NCBI GenBank assembly: GCA_008632985.1
Contig: QPGO01000005.1
Location: forward strand, 1,075,607-1,139,606
Reading direction: 5' to 3'
Length of the DNA: 64,000 bases
Source: Psammoneis japonica
Lineage: Eukaryota
Each line of letters opens with the position of its first letter. Within the stretch, counting starts at the first letter, position 1. The notes beneath the pieces were generated by a model. The model ran no database searches, was not told where the DNA came from, and worked only from the letters and a program-made list of their open reading frames with translations. Positions 12,483 to 26,854 of this stretch are shown in pieces. The position numbers and the translations under genes were made by a program.

Positions 12483-15400
12483 TTTTTTGGAACGGTGATG
12501 AGGAAACATCCAACGCGGCAGCGGCACATTTGAAATTCTTGCAAGAGAGCGGACAAGACATGTGGAATGAAGAGGACGATGCGGACGAACAGGCCAATTG
12601 GAGCACAGTTGTTGATTGAACAATTGGTGCACACTTCACATGATGAAATTTCATTGCATGCAATTGCAATGTTTGGCTTGTCGTCAAAGATCGTCAGTTG
12701 TTGTGAAAAAGGCAGAGCACAAAAATTAAAAGGCATCTGTGTTCAAACATGAAGAACAGCAGGAGATTGACAATTGACTGAATGACAAAAACCATTGTGT
12801 GCAGACAAATAAATTTTATAATGTGGCAACATAATTTTGTCATGCACGCAGACATTGCGATGTCATGCACTCTGATGGAGGTGCAGGAACAACACAACAA
12901 CTCTTTGAGTGCATTTGCCAGCAGTGGCTGGGGTGATGTCAACTGTCAGAGTTGCCACATTTGATGCAACAGTGTGCACCTGCCACAACAGAATGTTTTG
13001 CCAATGCAAGAACAGAGCACAAAAGAGCTCAGGACGTGTTCCAGCCGCGCGCGAACCAAATCGTGCACAAAAACGACATTTGCGCGATTTTTGCGCAGTC
13101 AGAACAGATGTGTTGGATGGATGGCCAGCCAGCACAAGAACAGATGCTGGTTGTTGTTGTTCACTTTCAAAAGAACAAGTGAAAATCAATGTTTGTGTCA
13201 CTTGAAGTGTGCAAATGCTTCCTGCGTCCAATGCCAGCTTCTTCTTTTCTTGTTTCTGAGTCTTGAAAAGAACGAATGGATGGCTGCAGCTCTTGGGTGT
13301 GGAATCTCGGCATCATGGCAGTCATGACTTTGCACTCTGTTTCTTTTTGAATCTTGAGCCAACAAAGTGAAGCAAGAGCAAAATTTTTTTGTGAAGCACA
13401 AGATCAGCTGTGGGTTGTTGCAGTGTGGGTCAAGTGACAAAAGAGGTGTGTGACAAAACAGCGCACTGCACCAAGAAAGTTGCCCCACTCTTGGGACATG
13501 AACAAAATGATGCTTGCATCAGAGTCACTTGGAGAAGCAGTGGAAAGTGCTGTTTGAACCATCTTCAAATCACTTTTGGCTCTTGATTGCCTCAAAGCAA
13601 TGGCCAACGATCGACAAACAGCACAAGAAAAAAATTGAAGATTGCTTGATCTTGTCAGCCGCTGTGGGGAAAGACATGGAAATGATGGGCTGGAGCTGTG
13701 GCTGACCATCATCAAAAAAGAGAACCTGGGACAAGGCCTTGGCATTTTCCTGGCCAGAGTTGTTTGCAGACATGTCCTCAACAGTGCTGTCCCAGGGAAG
13801 AGAGCATGCCTGTCACCTTTTGAAATGCCAGGCATTGTTGCCACCAGTTGGACCAGCTTGTGTTGCTGGTTTGATTGACGACAGCTGGACTCTGTGAAGC
13901 CAATGAAAGAGCCACCAAAATTTGACAGTGACAGAAGTTGCAACTTCAATGCCATTGTCTTGTTGGCTGCCTTTGAATTTGAGTGCTGCCCCGGTGCTGC
14001 TCTGCTCAGCACTGGCTTGCACAACAACTTTGTGAACCACCCGCACCCAACTCGCAAGGACTTCTTGGAGCATCATGCGTTGCATGCAAGAGAAGCAAGC
14101 ACTCCATTTTCTTTTGAGTGAGTGGTGTCTGTTGTCACTCTCACCCAGCAACAAAGAAGCAAAGCTGCTGAGGATGCCATGTGTGCTGCACTCACTGTTT
14201 GGACAGGAGCTCACTTGAAAAGAGTGTGCCAGAGGAGCTCCAGCCAATGTTTGTGCTTGAGCCACTCAAGTCATCCACATCCTTGACAGCTCATTTGCTC
14301 TCTTGCCAAGCAGAGTCTTTGTTGTTTCTTCTGTCTGAAGTGTTGCTCTCATCCAGCCAAACCTCAATGATGAAAATTTTCTTTCAACAAGCCCCTCAAG
14401 CTGATGCAGCCTTTTGTCATTTTGGTCCAAAAACAGAGAAACCTCAGCCATCTTGATCATGACAACCTGCCTGTTGCTTTCCATGAGCTCTGCTTTGTGC
14501 TCTCTTTTTCTCATTGCTTTGTGGTCCTTCAGCTGTTCATTGCCAAAGAAAAAAAGGAAATGGAGGACATTGTGTCAGACAGAGACAGTGCTTTGTGAGC
14601 CCTGCCGAAATTCCCTGGTGTGTGAAGCTTCTAGACTGTTGACTTGTTTGCCACCTGCAGAGTTGGTCCTCGTGTCCTGCTCAGCATCATCTTTGCATGA
14701 CATCTCAGTGTCAAACTTTGAAAAATCCAGCTCACTCTTCTCAATTTCAAGAGAGGTGAGCACTCCACTTTCTCTGAAACAAATCACCTCACAATGTGTG
14801 CTTTGACAGGCTTGCCAACTCTCTTGCCAAGCCAAGCAGCTGCAATGAAGCAGAGGGAGGAAGGGCTTTTTTCAAGCCCTGTTCTACAAACAACAAATGC
14901 AAGAACAACAGCTTTGCAGCTTGTCAACCCTGCTGCCTTTCCCACAGCAGCCATGAAGGCAGGGTGCTGCTGCAACTGCATCATTCTGCATGCTTTGCCT
15001 GTCTCCAACAATGCTCCACAGTCACAACTTTCTCTCAAAACTCAAAACTCAACAAAGCTTGTGTGCTCACACAAACAGCAATGGAAAACCTTCCCAGTGT
15101 GCAGCTTTTTGAGTTTCTTCCCTTGATGTTGCAAACAAGTGCATTTTGAATTGCACAATGCAAGCACACGGGAAATGTGGTTGTGTTGAGAGTGTTGAAA
15201 TTGAGTGCTGACATCTGAAGTGGAAAAAACACAAAGGTTGCCAAAGTGGTTTGAACAGCTGGAGCCAAAGGAAGGGTGAGCCATCCATGGGTGTTGAAGC
15301 ACTTGCATTTGTGGCAACCTTGACTGCTGCTTTCTTTTTTCAACCACATCTTTGTTGAGTTGAGCACTGCCAAACATGTGGAAGGATGCTTTGACGAGCT

Positions 15401-16779
15401 TTGTGTGTGTGTGGAGTGATCTGTGTGCAGAGATTTTGCATGACCCAAAACAGCAAAGGTGTCCATGTCAGGGGCAGAAATGTTTTGCAGAACATCCATC
15501 AGTTTTTGAAAAAGTCAAACAAAGCAGGACCACAGCAGCTGTCGATGAAAACAAAGTGTGTCAAAAGAAAAATGTTGAGATTCATTTTGTGCTGTGCACC
15601 TTGTGCACTGCAAAGATTTGGTCTGCATCAACACACAATTTTTAAAGCAGCAGCAAGTTTCAAAATTCACAATTTGAGCAATGGGCAATGGAGTCTTGCT
15701 GTTGACTTTTGTGTGCAGTTGACAAACCTTTGAGTCAAATTTTTGGCATCGCTGCTTTGTGTTTTGTTGGCCCATGCTTTTCTCTGACAAGTGCATCATG
15801 ACAAAAGGTGTCTGTGATGTGGTTGGTGGTTGAGGATCAATTGTCTTGTTGCTCAAGTTTTTGCCTTTTTGTGTGACTGTTGCTGGATGCCTCTTTAAGC
15901 CTCACCTCATTTTCCCATGACTCGTTGTTTTCTCACTGCAAAAGTGATGCAGCAGCAAGGAACATGATGGTGAGGGAAATGTGAAGGTGGCGTTGAGAAG
16001 ATTGCAGCACTTCCAATGAGCAATGGTTGTTCTTGCACTCCAAAATGCAGGCAAGGAAGATTTTGGTTGTTGCCAGTGGGATTCTCACTTTTTTGATGTC
16101 CCAACACCCCATGCAGTCTTCACCTCCAAGTGCTCTGAACAAGAAGTTTGTGTTTTCTTTTTTGCACTGTCCCAGCCAAGCTGTCCAATGGGACACAAGA
16201 CTTGTGGAACCATGATTTGGTTGTGTGGTGTGTGCACCTGCTGGTGTGCTCACTTGATTGAGTTCTTCAAGGAGCTCTCAGAGATCATCACATCAACAGC
16301 ATCATGCACCCACCTGTTTTGCTCTCATTGTTTGTGGCTCTTTTTGAGTTGGTGTGGATGCTTTGGGAATGTTGTCACCCTGTTGGCAATTTCAATCTGC
16401 TTCAGAGCCAACGCTTTCACATCAAGGTGTTTGTTCTTAAGAAAAAGCAATCGTGCAAACAGTTTGTGCTCATCTTCACCCTGGCAGGAATGGCATTGGA
16501 CCTCCCTGCTGCTCATGCAAGAACTTGATGTCACTCAGGAACTCAATCTTCACATCGTCACTAATTTTTGCCGCTGGGGCTCTCAAAGCAATGTCAAGCT
16601 CTGCCGAATGGATTGCCGCACCTCATCAAAACCCTCATCGTGTAACATGTGCCATCCCAATATCCCGGGTTCATTTAACGAATGCACACACTACTGAAAA
16701 TCTACTTCTCATGAGTGTTGGCGTTCGAATCGTTCATCTACTGTTACAAAAGTTCGCGCTCGTTCATCCTCTCCCGGAT

Positions 16780-19700
16780 CTAACCAAGAAGTCCACGCGT
16801 GAAATCACCAAATTTGTACCCACCCTTGCCGCCACGCTTTTCCTTTCCCTTGGAAAGAATACCTCGCGTTACATCTCCGAAGTGATATTCTTGACCTTGT
16901 TGCTGCTGCTGAGAGTTCTGCCTAGATGCTAGTGATGCGTGATTCTGCACTTCTTGTATATGGGCATTTCTGTTCCTAGGGTCAGGCTGCTGCTTTTGTG
17001 TTTGGAGACCGCCGTGACCATGCCCCGGTTGTAGCTGCGATTGATTTGGGTACCCGGAAAGGAGTACAGAATGTGAAGCATTCGTTGCACTGCTGTTTCC
17101 GTCAAGAGAGTAAGCTGACCTGACCGAGGAAGGGTGTGTGTGAGTGTTTGTTGCAGCGCTTGGTATTGCCTGCTCCCGTGTGCTTGGTGCAAGGGGGTGA
17201 ACAGTTACAGGCTCTCTGGAAATCTCCCTGCTACTGTCATTGGAGAATACGCCGAATGGATCATCTTCAAGGGGAGGATTTCCACCTCTGGATGCTTCTT
17301 GAGGAAGCTGCCCTCTGCTAGTGCCGCCAGAGAAGACATCAAACGGATCATCTACCGTCGCTTTCACTTTCGAGTGAGGATTCTGGTAAACATTTGCTTG
17401 TTGAGGGGATAATGCTGTCCGTTGGGTTCCACCAAAGATATCCAATGAATCATTAGAGGGGATGGACGTTTTGGCGGGCTGCTGCGATGTGAACCCTCTG
17501 TCAAGTGGCGCTGCAGGATGGGGCACAGGTGCGGTGAACAAGCAAAACGGATCATCAGGTGAATTCGCTTGCGCACTTTTCTGCGATAGGTGTTGACTTG
17601 AGGTTGAGGATATAGGCGGCGAGGGCTTTTTGGAAACTCCAATCGGTGCAACGGGTGCACTTGGAAGTTGCATCGATCCTTTTGTCGACGAAGCAGTCGA
17701 CGCTGTAGTGGGTGGCTGGTGTCGGAACGAGTCTTTTCTTGTGCCTGGTCCGCTAGTGAGGTTAGAAGATCGGGTATCTGCGGTGTCTTTGGAAGCAATC
17801 TGCTTAGAAGTATTCGAAAGCTGACCGTCTTCTGAATTACTCCTTTGATCGCCAGCACAGGTTTGTGCTGCTACGCTGCCACCCGCTTTTCCACCTAAGT
17901 ATGCGCCAGCAATCATCCCTACCGGACCCAGCAAAGCTGCCCCGACTGCCAATCCCACACCAGATCCGCCAGCAGCACTCAGTCTTTCTCTGTTTTCTGA
18001 CACATATTTGCCTGTCGCCTCAACAGTCCCTGCAGTGAAATCTCCCACAACATATGAATCGTCCCCGCGCTGCCTGGCGCCTGCTTTAGCTGCAAGTTTG
18101 GCGGACCGAAGAACGCCGCGAGAAAAATCACCAAATTGGTAGCTTTCACCTTTGCAGCGGTCGCTTTCTTCATTGAGTCGACTTTTTTTGCCCGATGCTA
18201 TAGCTCCGGAGATGCCATCCTTGATGCCAACTCCAACTACTGATCCTATGGCGCATCCTGATGCGGTGCTTGCACCAACCGCAACTCGGCCTGCCTTCAT
18301 GAGGACAGAGTCTCCAACATTTGAACCGAGTACCTTAACAATGTAGAGGTAGTTGAGAAAAAAAGATGGTGAAAACCTTTCCCAGGCAGACAAATTTTTT
18401 CTTGAACGAGACCTTGGCTAAGGATACTATGCTCACCTCGACCGATCCTAGTAGGGCAGGAATGCGACTTTTGGCAATCTCCACATCTGTCGGAATAGAT
18501 TGTAAGGTTAAGTTTGTCAGCGCTAAACAAAACAAAAGAACAGGGCATGCTGGAATAACTTTAGAGAGGAAGCTGTACTCACAGTGCTTAGCAATGTCAT
18601 CCGAGTTGGTTTGCGCGTCGCCCAAAAAGCTTTCGAAGTTGATTCGCGTTTCACTCAGAGAAAGAACCTGTCCCTCGTATTTCAGACGGCACTCAATTGG
18701 TCCAATTTGCGCATGGGGCATGCGAAGGCTCTCTCGCATTTCCTGGTTTTCAGGTGGAGCTAGAGTGTCAGCCCAGTTAACGTCGGTAAAGTCTGCGTGT
18801 AAATCAGCTTTCTCCACTGACAGAATCATTTCGTTAAAAGCATCAAAACAATGCGGCTGGATAACAGCTGATGCGACGACATTTGTCGCTGTTAAAATGT
18901 TTCGAAGCTCCATGGAAGACAAACTGATAAGTTTGACAGCAACTGAGCCCTCGGGGGCATATCCGCTTCGTGTAGTGCCGCCAGCGAATGGAGAGGCTTT
19001 CATGCAAAGTCCAACTAGAACGATCCAATTCTCGGGTGCATAGACACCGTCAGTAACACATATCGATACCCTCTCAAACTCCAAGCGAACCGAGCATGGG
19101 AGACTGATCGGCGATGGATCTGGTGCGATCTCGTTGCGTTTTGAAGATGCATTCATTTTGATGGCTTCAATCGACGCACACTGCACCAACACCTGCGATT
19201 CTGCGGCCGATCCGGATGGATCAAGTGACGATGTAATGACTATATTTCTGGCCGGCGAGGAAAGATATCCATCATCAAGATGCAACTTTGACAGCTCGCC
19301 GATTGTAATGACTCCCTCCGGAATTGACATCGATGACGGTCTGATGATAGCAGCTATTCCTTTTGCCGATAAAATCGTCTCTGGAAACGTATTCGCTTCG
19401 CATTTCTTTCTGACGCTCAATGTTTCTACTGCTGCCTGGAGCTGAAAAGGTATCACTACTTTCGGTGTAATAACAGGATCATTTGAGCACGAACATTCGG
19501 ATTGAACCAAGTCGACAGACCCGCACTCAACTGACATTGTCTCGTTTTCAAAGTCAACAGCCACACAACGAACTGGCGAAACAAGGGCTACGCCAGAAAT
19601 GTCCATGTCTGATATCTCTTGAATTCGCAAATTGCCCGTCGGAAGAGCTCCGCCGGTCGATGGCAATGCGTGGACGTAGACTCCTTTGATGCTAGCAATT

Positions 19701-22700
19701 TCTTTTGCCGAGTCTCTCAGGACCACGCTTGGTGTCGTTATTGTAAACCCAAGCGGTATGCGGACGCTTTCCATACTAGGAGAGGCACTATTGGATTCAC
19801 GCACGAGACTCATCGTCGGTGAGTCAAACGTATCAATAAGAATCGGCGTGAGTTCGACCTCCACATTGTCGTTATTGATACGAGCAACTGAGCTCAAGAT
19901 TGGAGCAACGTGGAAGTCCATTTTTCCGACCTGAAGAACGGACGATAGTCCCTTCGCCTGCACAATGCAGTCAGGAAACAATCCTTGAGAAGGTGATGCA
20001 ACCGCAGCAAAGGACGTACAAGAAACGATCTCTCTCAAAATATCGCCGTTCGAATAATAGCTTGTCGCACGGAACCCATCAATGGCTAGATCCACGCCCA
20101 CTGGAATCTGAAACGGTTCAAAGGCGGAGGCATTTGTAACATTTTTGTCGCTCGTGGACGCATCCGGTGGCAATGCTATTTCCACAGACCCCATCTTTGC
20201 TTGCAACTTATTGTTTTGGATCTCGATAAAGACACCCTTGACGGGGGATCCAAGTGACAGAAGCCCCGGTGCGTGTATAGCAGTTATCTCTTGAATTGAT
20301 AGGTCGAACGAAGGGATGTTCACCCTCGAACCACCAAGAACACCACCCGCACCTTGAACGTTGCTACCAACTATCCTCATGCCATAGCAAGAAAAGGACG
20401 AGACCGGGCAATCACAAAGCTCGACGGATACATAACTCTCCACAGCAACGTTCACTGGGAACGGCAGCGTAATGCCAAGGGTTTCGGTTCCTTCACTGGC
20501 ATCGTTTGATGTCGCACGAGCGGTGTGAGCAATCTTCGCGAGAACTGAATGAAAGTTTGCATGCAGGGTGCCATCTTTGACAGTAAAGGATGAATCAAGC
20601 ATGGGTGAAGTTAGATACCCGAAGCCTGGCACACTGAGCTTGGATATTTCTTGAATCTTCAATAAGGAGCCATTGGGAAGCCTGCCCGTGAATGGCGCTA
20701 TATCTGCCTGAACAGACTTGCACAATAGAAGTCCCCTGTCCGCCTCTGTGGAACGAGAAGAAACTACAGCCAACGACTCCACTGCCAGGCATATAGGGAA
20801 TGGAATATGAATGTCAGCTTTGAGCGGGGTGCCACTGTCATTGCCGGCGTTGCTATCATCGTCAAGTGTCATTGCTCTAACAGTATGGAGGCTGACTTTC
20901 AGAGATCCATTTTCGACTGAAATGGAGGAACCAAGCACCGGTTGAACGAGACGCCCAACGCCGGGCAAGTTGAGCTTGGATATTTCTTGAATCTCCAGTA
21001 AGGAGCCATCGGGAAGCATGCCTGTGAATGGCTTTATATCCGCCTGAACAGCCTTGCACAATAGAAGCTCTCTGTCCGCATCTTTGGAACGAGAAGATAC
21101 GATCGCCAACGACTCCACTCCCACACTCATAGGAAAAGGTACATGCATATCAACTTCTTCAAGCGGGGTGCTCTTGTTGTCAGTCTTATTGCTATCATCG
21201 GCAAGTGTCATTGCTCTAACATTTTGGAGGCTGACTTTCAAATATCCATTTCGGAATGAAATGGAGGAACCAAGTAGCGGTTGAAGGAGCCGCCCTACGC
21301 CAGGCACCACCAACTTCGATATTTCTTGAATACGGATAGTACAGTCGGGCAGAGATCCAGTTGAACGGTGCAAATCAGCCAGAATATTCGTGCAAACAAC
21401 CTCTTGAGCGGCGGTGCACCCGGAATCGGACGATACAACTTCGATTGCCGCAACTTGCAAGGAGACGGGGAAAGGGATGTACACATCCTCCGAAGTTCTC
21501 ACGTCGTTGCATCCCGCTTGTTTAGAGGCATCGTTAAACTTTACTGCCTTGACTGATGCGAGCGTAACTCTCAATGAATCATTGTGTAAGCAAATTGAAG
21601 AGTTCAACAGTGGCTGCGCAATAGTCCCGACACCTGGCATCAGCAACTTTGATATTTGTTTGATCCGGACTAAACCGTCAGGCAAAGACCCAGTAGACGG
21701 CTGTAGTTTGCTTTCGATTCCTTTACATTCGAGAACACCTCCTGAGTTAGAGCTCGACACTGAAAGCACTTCGATAGAAGTGACCACACAGAAAGGCAAC
21801 GAGATCTTTCCTAAACGGGGACTGAGCGCCTTGGATGCATCATGCTTGGTGACGGCTTTATTGTCCTCTAGTTTCATGTCGACAGAAGTAAGCTCAACCC
21901 GCAGCTGATCTTTGAATCGAATAACGGCGTCACGTAAAGGACTGGACAGGCGCCCGACGTCAGGAAGCGACAGCTGTCCGACTTCTGTAATTCTGACCGA
22001 AATTTCTTCGTTGAGACTAGCAGCAATACCCCCGCCCGCCATTTTAAAGCCAGCTTCTCTAAAGCCGTCGACTGTGAAGGATTTACAGCAAAATGTCGAC
22101 CCATTTCCATAAACGCTATTAAGTAGCAGTGATCCGCGACTGGGGGCTCGCAATCCAAGTTTGACTTGCTTCATCTTTATTGGAATAGGAAACCCGCCTC
22201 CTCCTGAAGAATTAACGCTATCAAAGCAGATTGAATCAAGCACTTGTAAAGCAAATGCATAAATTTGCTCAATGACAGCCTGCGACTGGCAGGAAATACT
22301 GATCTCTTCATTTATGACAAGCTCGCCATAGTTTGAAGTCACGGAAGGGATGTACAAGTCGTCCATACCGTCAAATGAAGACGTCAGCATAGCACTTGCT
22401 AAGCCAATATCAAGAAACCCGTTTGGCGCCGTAGCATTGCTCGCACTTCGTGACACCGCGGGCGATTCTAAATCCAAAGACAACCAGTCATCCGGATTCA
22501 AGCCCTCCAAACGAGCTGAGAATATTCCCTCAACTTGGAAATTCCAAAACTTTGAATCACCCCCTTTTACGCTCTCCCTGGACTCTTTATCCGTCGAAAC
22601 TATGGATTCCTCGCTAATCATCGGAATTTGTAGCTCTCTTAATGAGCAAAGAAGCTTTCTCGTCTGATCAGGACGGCACACGGCTCTTGCAACAACCGGA

Positions 22701-23986
22701 GTTTGTCCGTCTTGCCTTTCCAAGGCGCCACTTAGTTTGATTGTGAAAGCCACCGCATCTACTGTCCATTTTGAGCATTCCATAAGGTGGACATTGTCTA
22801 CAAGAATTCCTCCTGTTCCACTCAAGCTGCAAACCTTCCCATCTGTCCGATACATAAGGTTGCATCGATCTAACCTTACTTCAGTTTCGTTTGGTAGAAC
22901 AACTGCCATGGAGTGGATAGGTAGCATAAACATGCTACTATTCCAACCGCTTGCTTTCTCTTTGGCGGTCTCGAGGCTTCTTACTTGTGTATTTTCCTCT
23001 GAATCTGATGCCGGATTCGACTCGTCAGGATCTGTTGACATTAGCAATGCCTGAACCCGTCGAAATGCCTCTGCCTGTACCTTGTCAAAATGAACGGTAA
23101 TTGCTCCTGTCGCCGAACCATTGTCCTTTGAAGCACTGTTTTCTTCTCCCATGACCTCAAGTCCATTTAGAATTCCATCGAGGAATCGCCGACCCGTCAC
23201 GCGTGTAACAATTGCGCTGTATGTAAAAGGTTCTAGCAGGGGGAATCGTGTAGATGCGTCATTCCTTGCGACGGTGGCATCATCTTGAGCTGAGATTGAA
23301 TTGCAAATGACAAATGAAGAGACAGAGCCAACACTAAGTCTCTGTGTTAGCGGTGCCTTCTCACTTGGACTCGGAGACTTTTGTCCAAGCGAAGCGATTT
23401 CAATCGAATCTCCCAGAAGTAAAATGGATAAATGCTTTCCTTGGGGTGTATCCTTACTAGAATCAGGGTCGAGCGGCAATAGATCAAGCACAAGCTCCAT
23501 ATCAGTGACTCGCAAAGTCAGGTGGTCTACAATCTGCTGAAAATACCTGGCTTTCCAGTCTTGTGTTTCTTCTCCTGGTGTTGCTGTCTCGTTTGTAGTT
23601 TCTTCCGCAACAACCTGTTCCTCGAGTGGTATGGTTGCTTCGAGAAGCTCAATGTCTTCAATTTTTGTTGCGCGAAAGCGAGCTCCTGAAATCGTAAGGC
23701 TAACATTTGTGATGAGGGCTTCGCGACTATCAGAAGCTACGTTCCAAGTCCAAGAGAACTCAACCGTATCCACTCTTCCTGATACTTTCGCTTTACCTCC
23801 GCCCAGGTCAACTATTTGTTCTTTGAGGTGTATATCGCGTAAGGTAACTCGAGTATCGTGCAATAAATTAGATTCGACGAGATTAGGATCCACATCGAAA
23901 AAGGATGCGAGTGCCTTCGCAATGTATCGTGATAGCAACGCTTTCGGTGAAAGCGATGTCACGCTTTTTACGAAGGACGAGAACAT
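16780..23986 (-). CDS. Large (~2300 aa) VPS13/ATG2-like protein; exons 23986-18583, 18486-18437, 18333-16780
   Basis: The N-terminus resembles Chorein-N and the middle has beta-rich internal repeats. Two GT-AG introns join the 1883-aa and 537-aa ORFs in frame. The C-terminus has YxFGDFxRG motifs. Family call is inference. Confidence 0.65.
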
Positions 23987-24756
23987 CCTTGATATTTTTC
24001 AGTTTCCCTCTTTCTTCCCTAGTTGAACTCGCCGGATTGAATAATGATTTGATCTTGTTGTTCAGTGAGTCACAACAGCGGGGAGGCGTTTGTATTGGTC
24101 GTTGTATCTTTGTATTTTATGTGATGTGCTTTTGTGTCACGTTTCGCGAGATGCGATTGGACTTCGCGGTTTCGTTCGCGGCGGGTTCGCGGTTCGCGGA
24201 ATTTCAGTCGTAGATGTCCGGTTCTGTCATGTTCCGCGAACAATGATCTTCTTCCTCCAGTACTGAAGAAATTTCAATAGACTTTAACGTCCGTGAGTTG
24301 AACCGTTGAATCAAAAATTTGAAATCTTGTGTCAGAGCTTGGCCACAGGCGAGACAGCATTGATACCGCACGTCAAGGGCAAGGAACCTTTGAGTGCGAG
24401 TACGGCGAGTTAGTTCAGTGTGGGCTCTAGCTAGAGAAGGATAACGCATGTTATAATGTAGAGGCGGAAATTAGTGTTTTTCTCTTGTTGAGCTATACCA
24501 GGAATTGAGACAATTAAAACACCGACAACCATTGATCCCGAGAATCAAGCGTCAGTTGGTCATGTATGCGAGAGACTCTGCGAAATCGACGCCTACACAT
24601 ACATGTAGACTAGACCACTCGGTGCAGTTCAACAACTAAAGGATAACCTGGTAATAAAACGATGTGCGATATTATGTAAACTATGAATAGCATGTCTGCA
24701 TCTATACGTACATCAAGTGCCATTCAAAAAAACAAAATTGTAAAGACCAAGTGTTC

Positions 24757-26461
24757 TCAAATACTTGTCTTTCTCACCAAGACGCGAGTAGGTGTGGCGG
24801 AATGATTCCCATTGGCTTGTCGTCGACGCGAATAATTCTGAATAACGTATTGCTTCGTCGTGGAGCTTGGCCCTTTGGTGGTTGATTCCGGTGGTTTCAT
24901 CATGGGAGGAGTCTTGTGCTTGACAATACGGCCAGGAGATTCCAACATTTTGGACGACAGAGCCGTTGTGCCTTGGACCCACTCGTGCTGAAGGGCTTGT
25001 TCAGCCGTGTACCTCTTGGAGGGATCAATGTCGAGCAAGTGTGATAGAAGATCCTTGGCACTGTCAGACAAGTCCTTGGCCCATCTTGGAAACCTCAAGA
25101 CAAACCGTTGCTTCACCAGGGCGTCCGACGGCACGGTTTGAGAATCATCATCAAATGGCAGACAACCACATACAAGGACAAACGCAATCACACCCAACGC
25201 CCACGTGTCAACGGCTTGCGAATAGTCCCGTCGCTGCAACATCTCCGGTGCCAAGTACCCTCGAGTTCCCAAAAAGCTACGAGCCACTGGCTCCACCATG
25301 CGCTGTCGTGACGATGTAAAAAAAGGAAAAGGTGTAATTGAGGAAACTACAGATATATCTTGCAGCACAAATACCATACAATGACGACGTACCTTGCTAA
25401 GACCAAAGTCAATGATTTTCACTTCCAAGTCACGCGATGATTTAGTCTTGTGCTTGAGCAATAAATTCTCGGGCTTTAAATCACGATGAATGATATCCTG
25501 AAATGAGAAGAACAATATGGAATGAAATTAACACAGCGTCAGTTATGCTGGAGGAAAAGAACAACCAGCACCATACGGCGACACCTGCATACCTTGCTGT
25601 GCATGTAGACCAGTGCCGATGTGACTTTTCGCACAATACGCGCCGCTTCCTCTTCGTTGAGAGTCCCCTTTTCCACTACATAATCAAACAGCTCTCCGCC
25701 TTCCATTAACTCCATCACAATGTATATACGAGCCTCCGTAATGTACACATCGATCAATTGAATAATGTTCGGATGGTTCAAATTCCGCAGAGCATTGATT
25801 TCACAGTGGAATTGCTCCATCATTCCGGCGAATTGTTCCGAAATGTGCTGCTTGTCAATGACCTTGGCTGCAAAGACCTCTCCTGTGGCTCGTGAAACAC
25901 ACTTGTGACATGTCGACGTGGAACCGACTCCCAGAACCTGTTGCAACTCGTACTTGTCGTGAAGCAAGCGTTCAGCGTCCTGAAAGAAAAAAAAAAGCAG
26001 AAGAGCGGAAAAGAAAAAAGTTGTGATTTTAATGTAGCACAAATGAGATACAACAGGAGAGACGAATTAGAGCACTCGTTGTATCCCATAAAACATACCT
26101 CTCCCTGATGTACTTGTGCGGGTGCGTGTGCGGGCGCCGGTGGTATCAATATGCTACCACTGGAACCACGCAATGCACTCATGGAACGCTCTTTTTCCAG
26201 TCCATCATAACGAGATGAGAAAATGGCTGGATCGTTGTGCTGTTGCTGCAGTAACTGTCGTCGTTTCCGTCTTTGATCCAGCGGAGTATCCGGAAGGGGC
26301 GTTCCAAACGAATCATTTCGTTTTGCCTTTTGAGGTACCAAGAAGGAGCAGAACTGACAATTGTCGCTTTCGTCATCACCAGCGTCACTATCAACGTCAT
26401 CCAGTATGATACCACTGCTCCATTTCGCATCCACAGTCGCTTTACTCGGACCGCCGCCCAT
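24757..26461 (-). CDS. CaMK-like Ser/Thr kinase; exons 26461-26099, 25979-25593, 25497-25393, 25302-24757
   Basis: LGVGSTS, AAKVI, MELMEGGELFDYVV, HRDLKPENLL, IDFGLSK, GTRGYLAPE and DTWALGV. The MGGGPS start suggests myristoylation. Confidence 0.93.
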
Positions 26462-26854
26462 GGTTCTCTTTTCTCACACAAGAAAAAATGCTGTCGTCTA
26501 TCTTTTGTCGAGTCAGCGAGAAAAAAACGCACGTACTCTACGATAGCGCTGTAGAATTCTACGTGGCAAGAACCCGGGAAACTGATTTCAATCAGAAATG
26601 GGCTGCAAAACTTTATTAAAAGTGACCGCGAAAAAAAATCGTACGAAGAAGTTGATACATAAACTATGTAGGTAGGACATTTCAGGATGAAAACAGATAC
26701 CGCTTCGGACCCCGGAAACCACCGAAGACGCCATGGCGGACGGGGGCCACTTTTACTACTTGACATCCCATATCATAGAACTTTCATAGCACCCCACCTT
26801 TGAAACAGTCAGCTATTTTTTGTGGCATACTACTCATAAATTTGAAGGTTGAAT

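Larger units (their letters stand above)
5650..16650. mobile_element. Block A of nested decayed transposons, TpA-depleted
   Basis: TA almost absent; broken Tyr-free, Cys/His-rich ORFs; contains a transposase remnant and two MITEs. Borders approximate. Confidence 0.8.

Noticed and set aside
5650..16650. Classical RIP or CpG decay as the sole cause of the composition
   Set aside because: RIP raises TpA and CpG decay does not remove it; paired copies show TA as the ancestral state.
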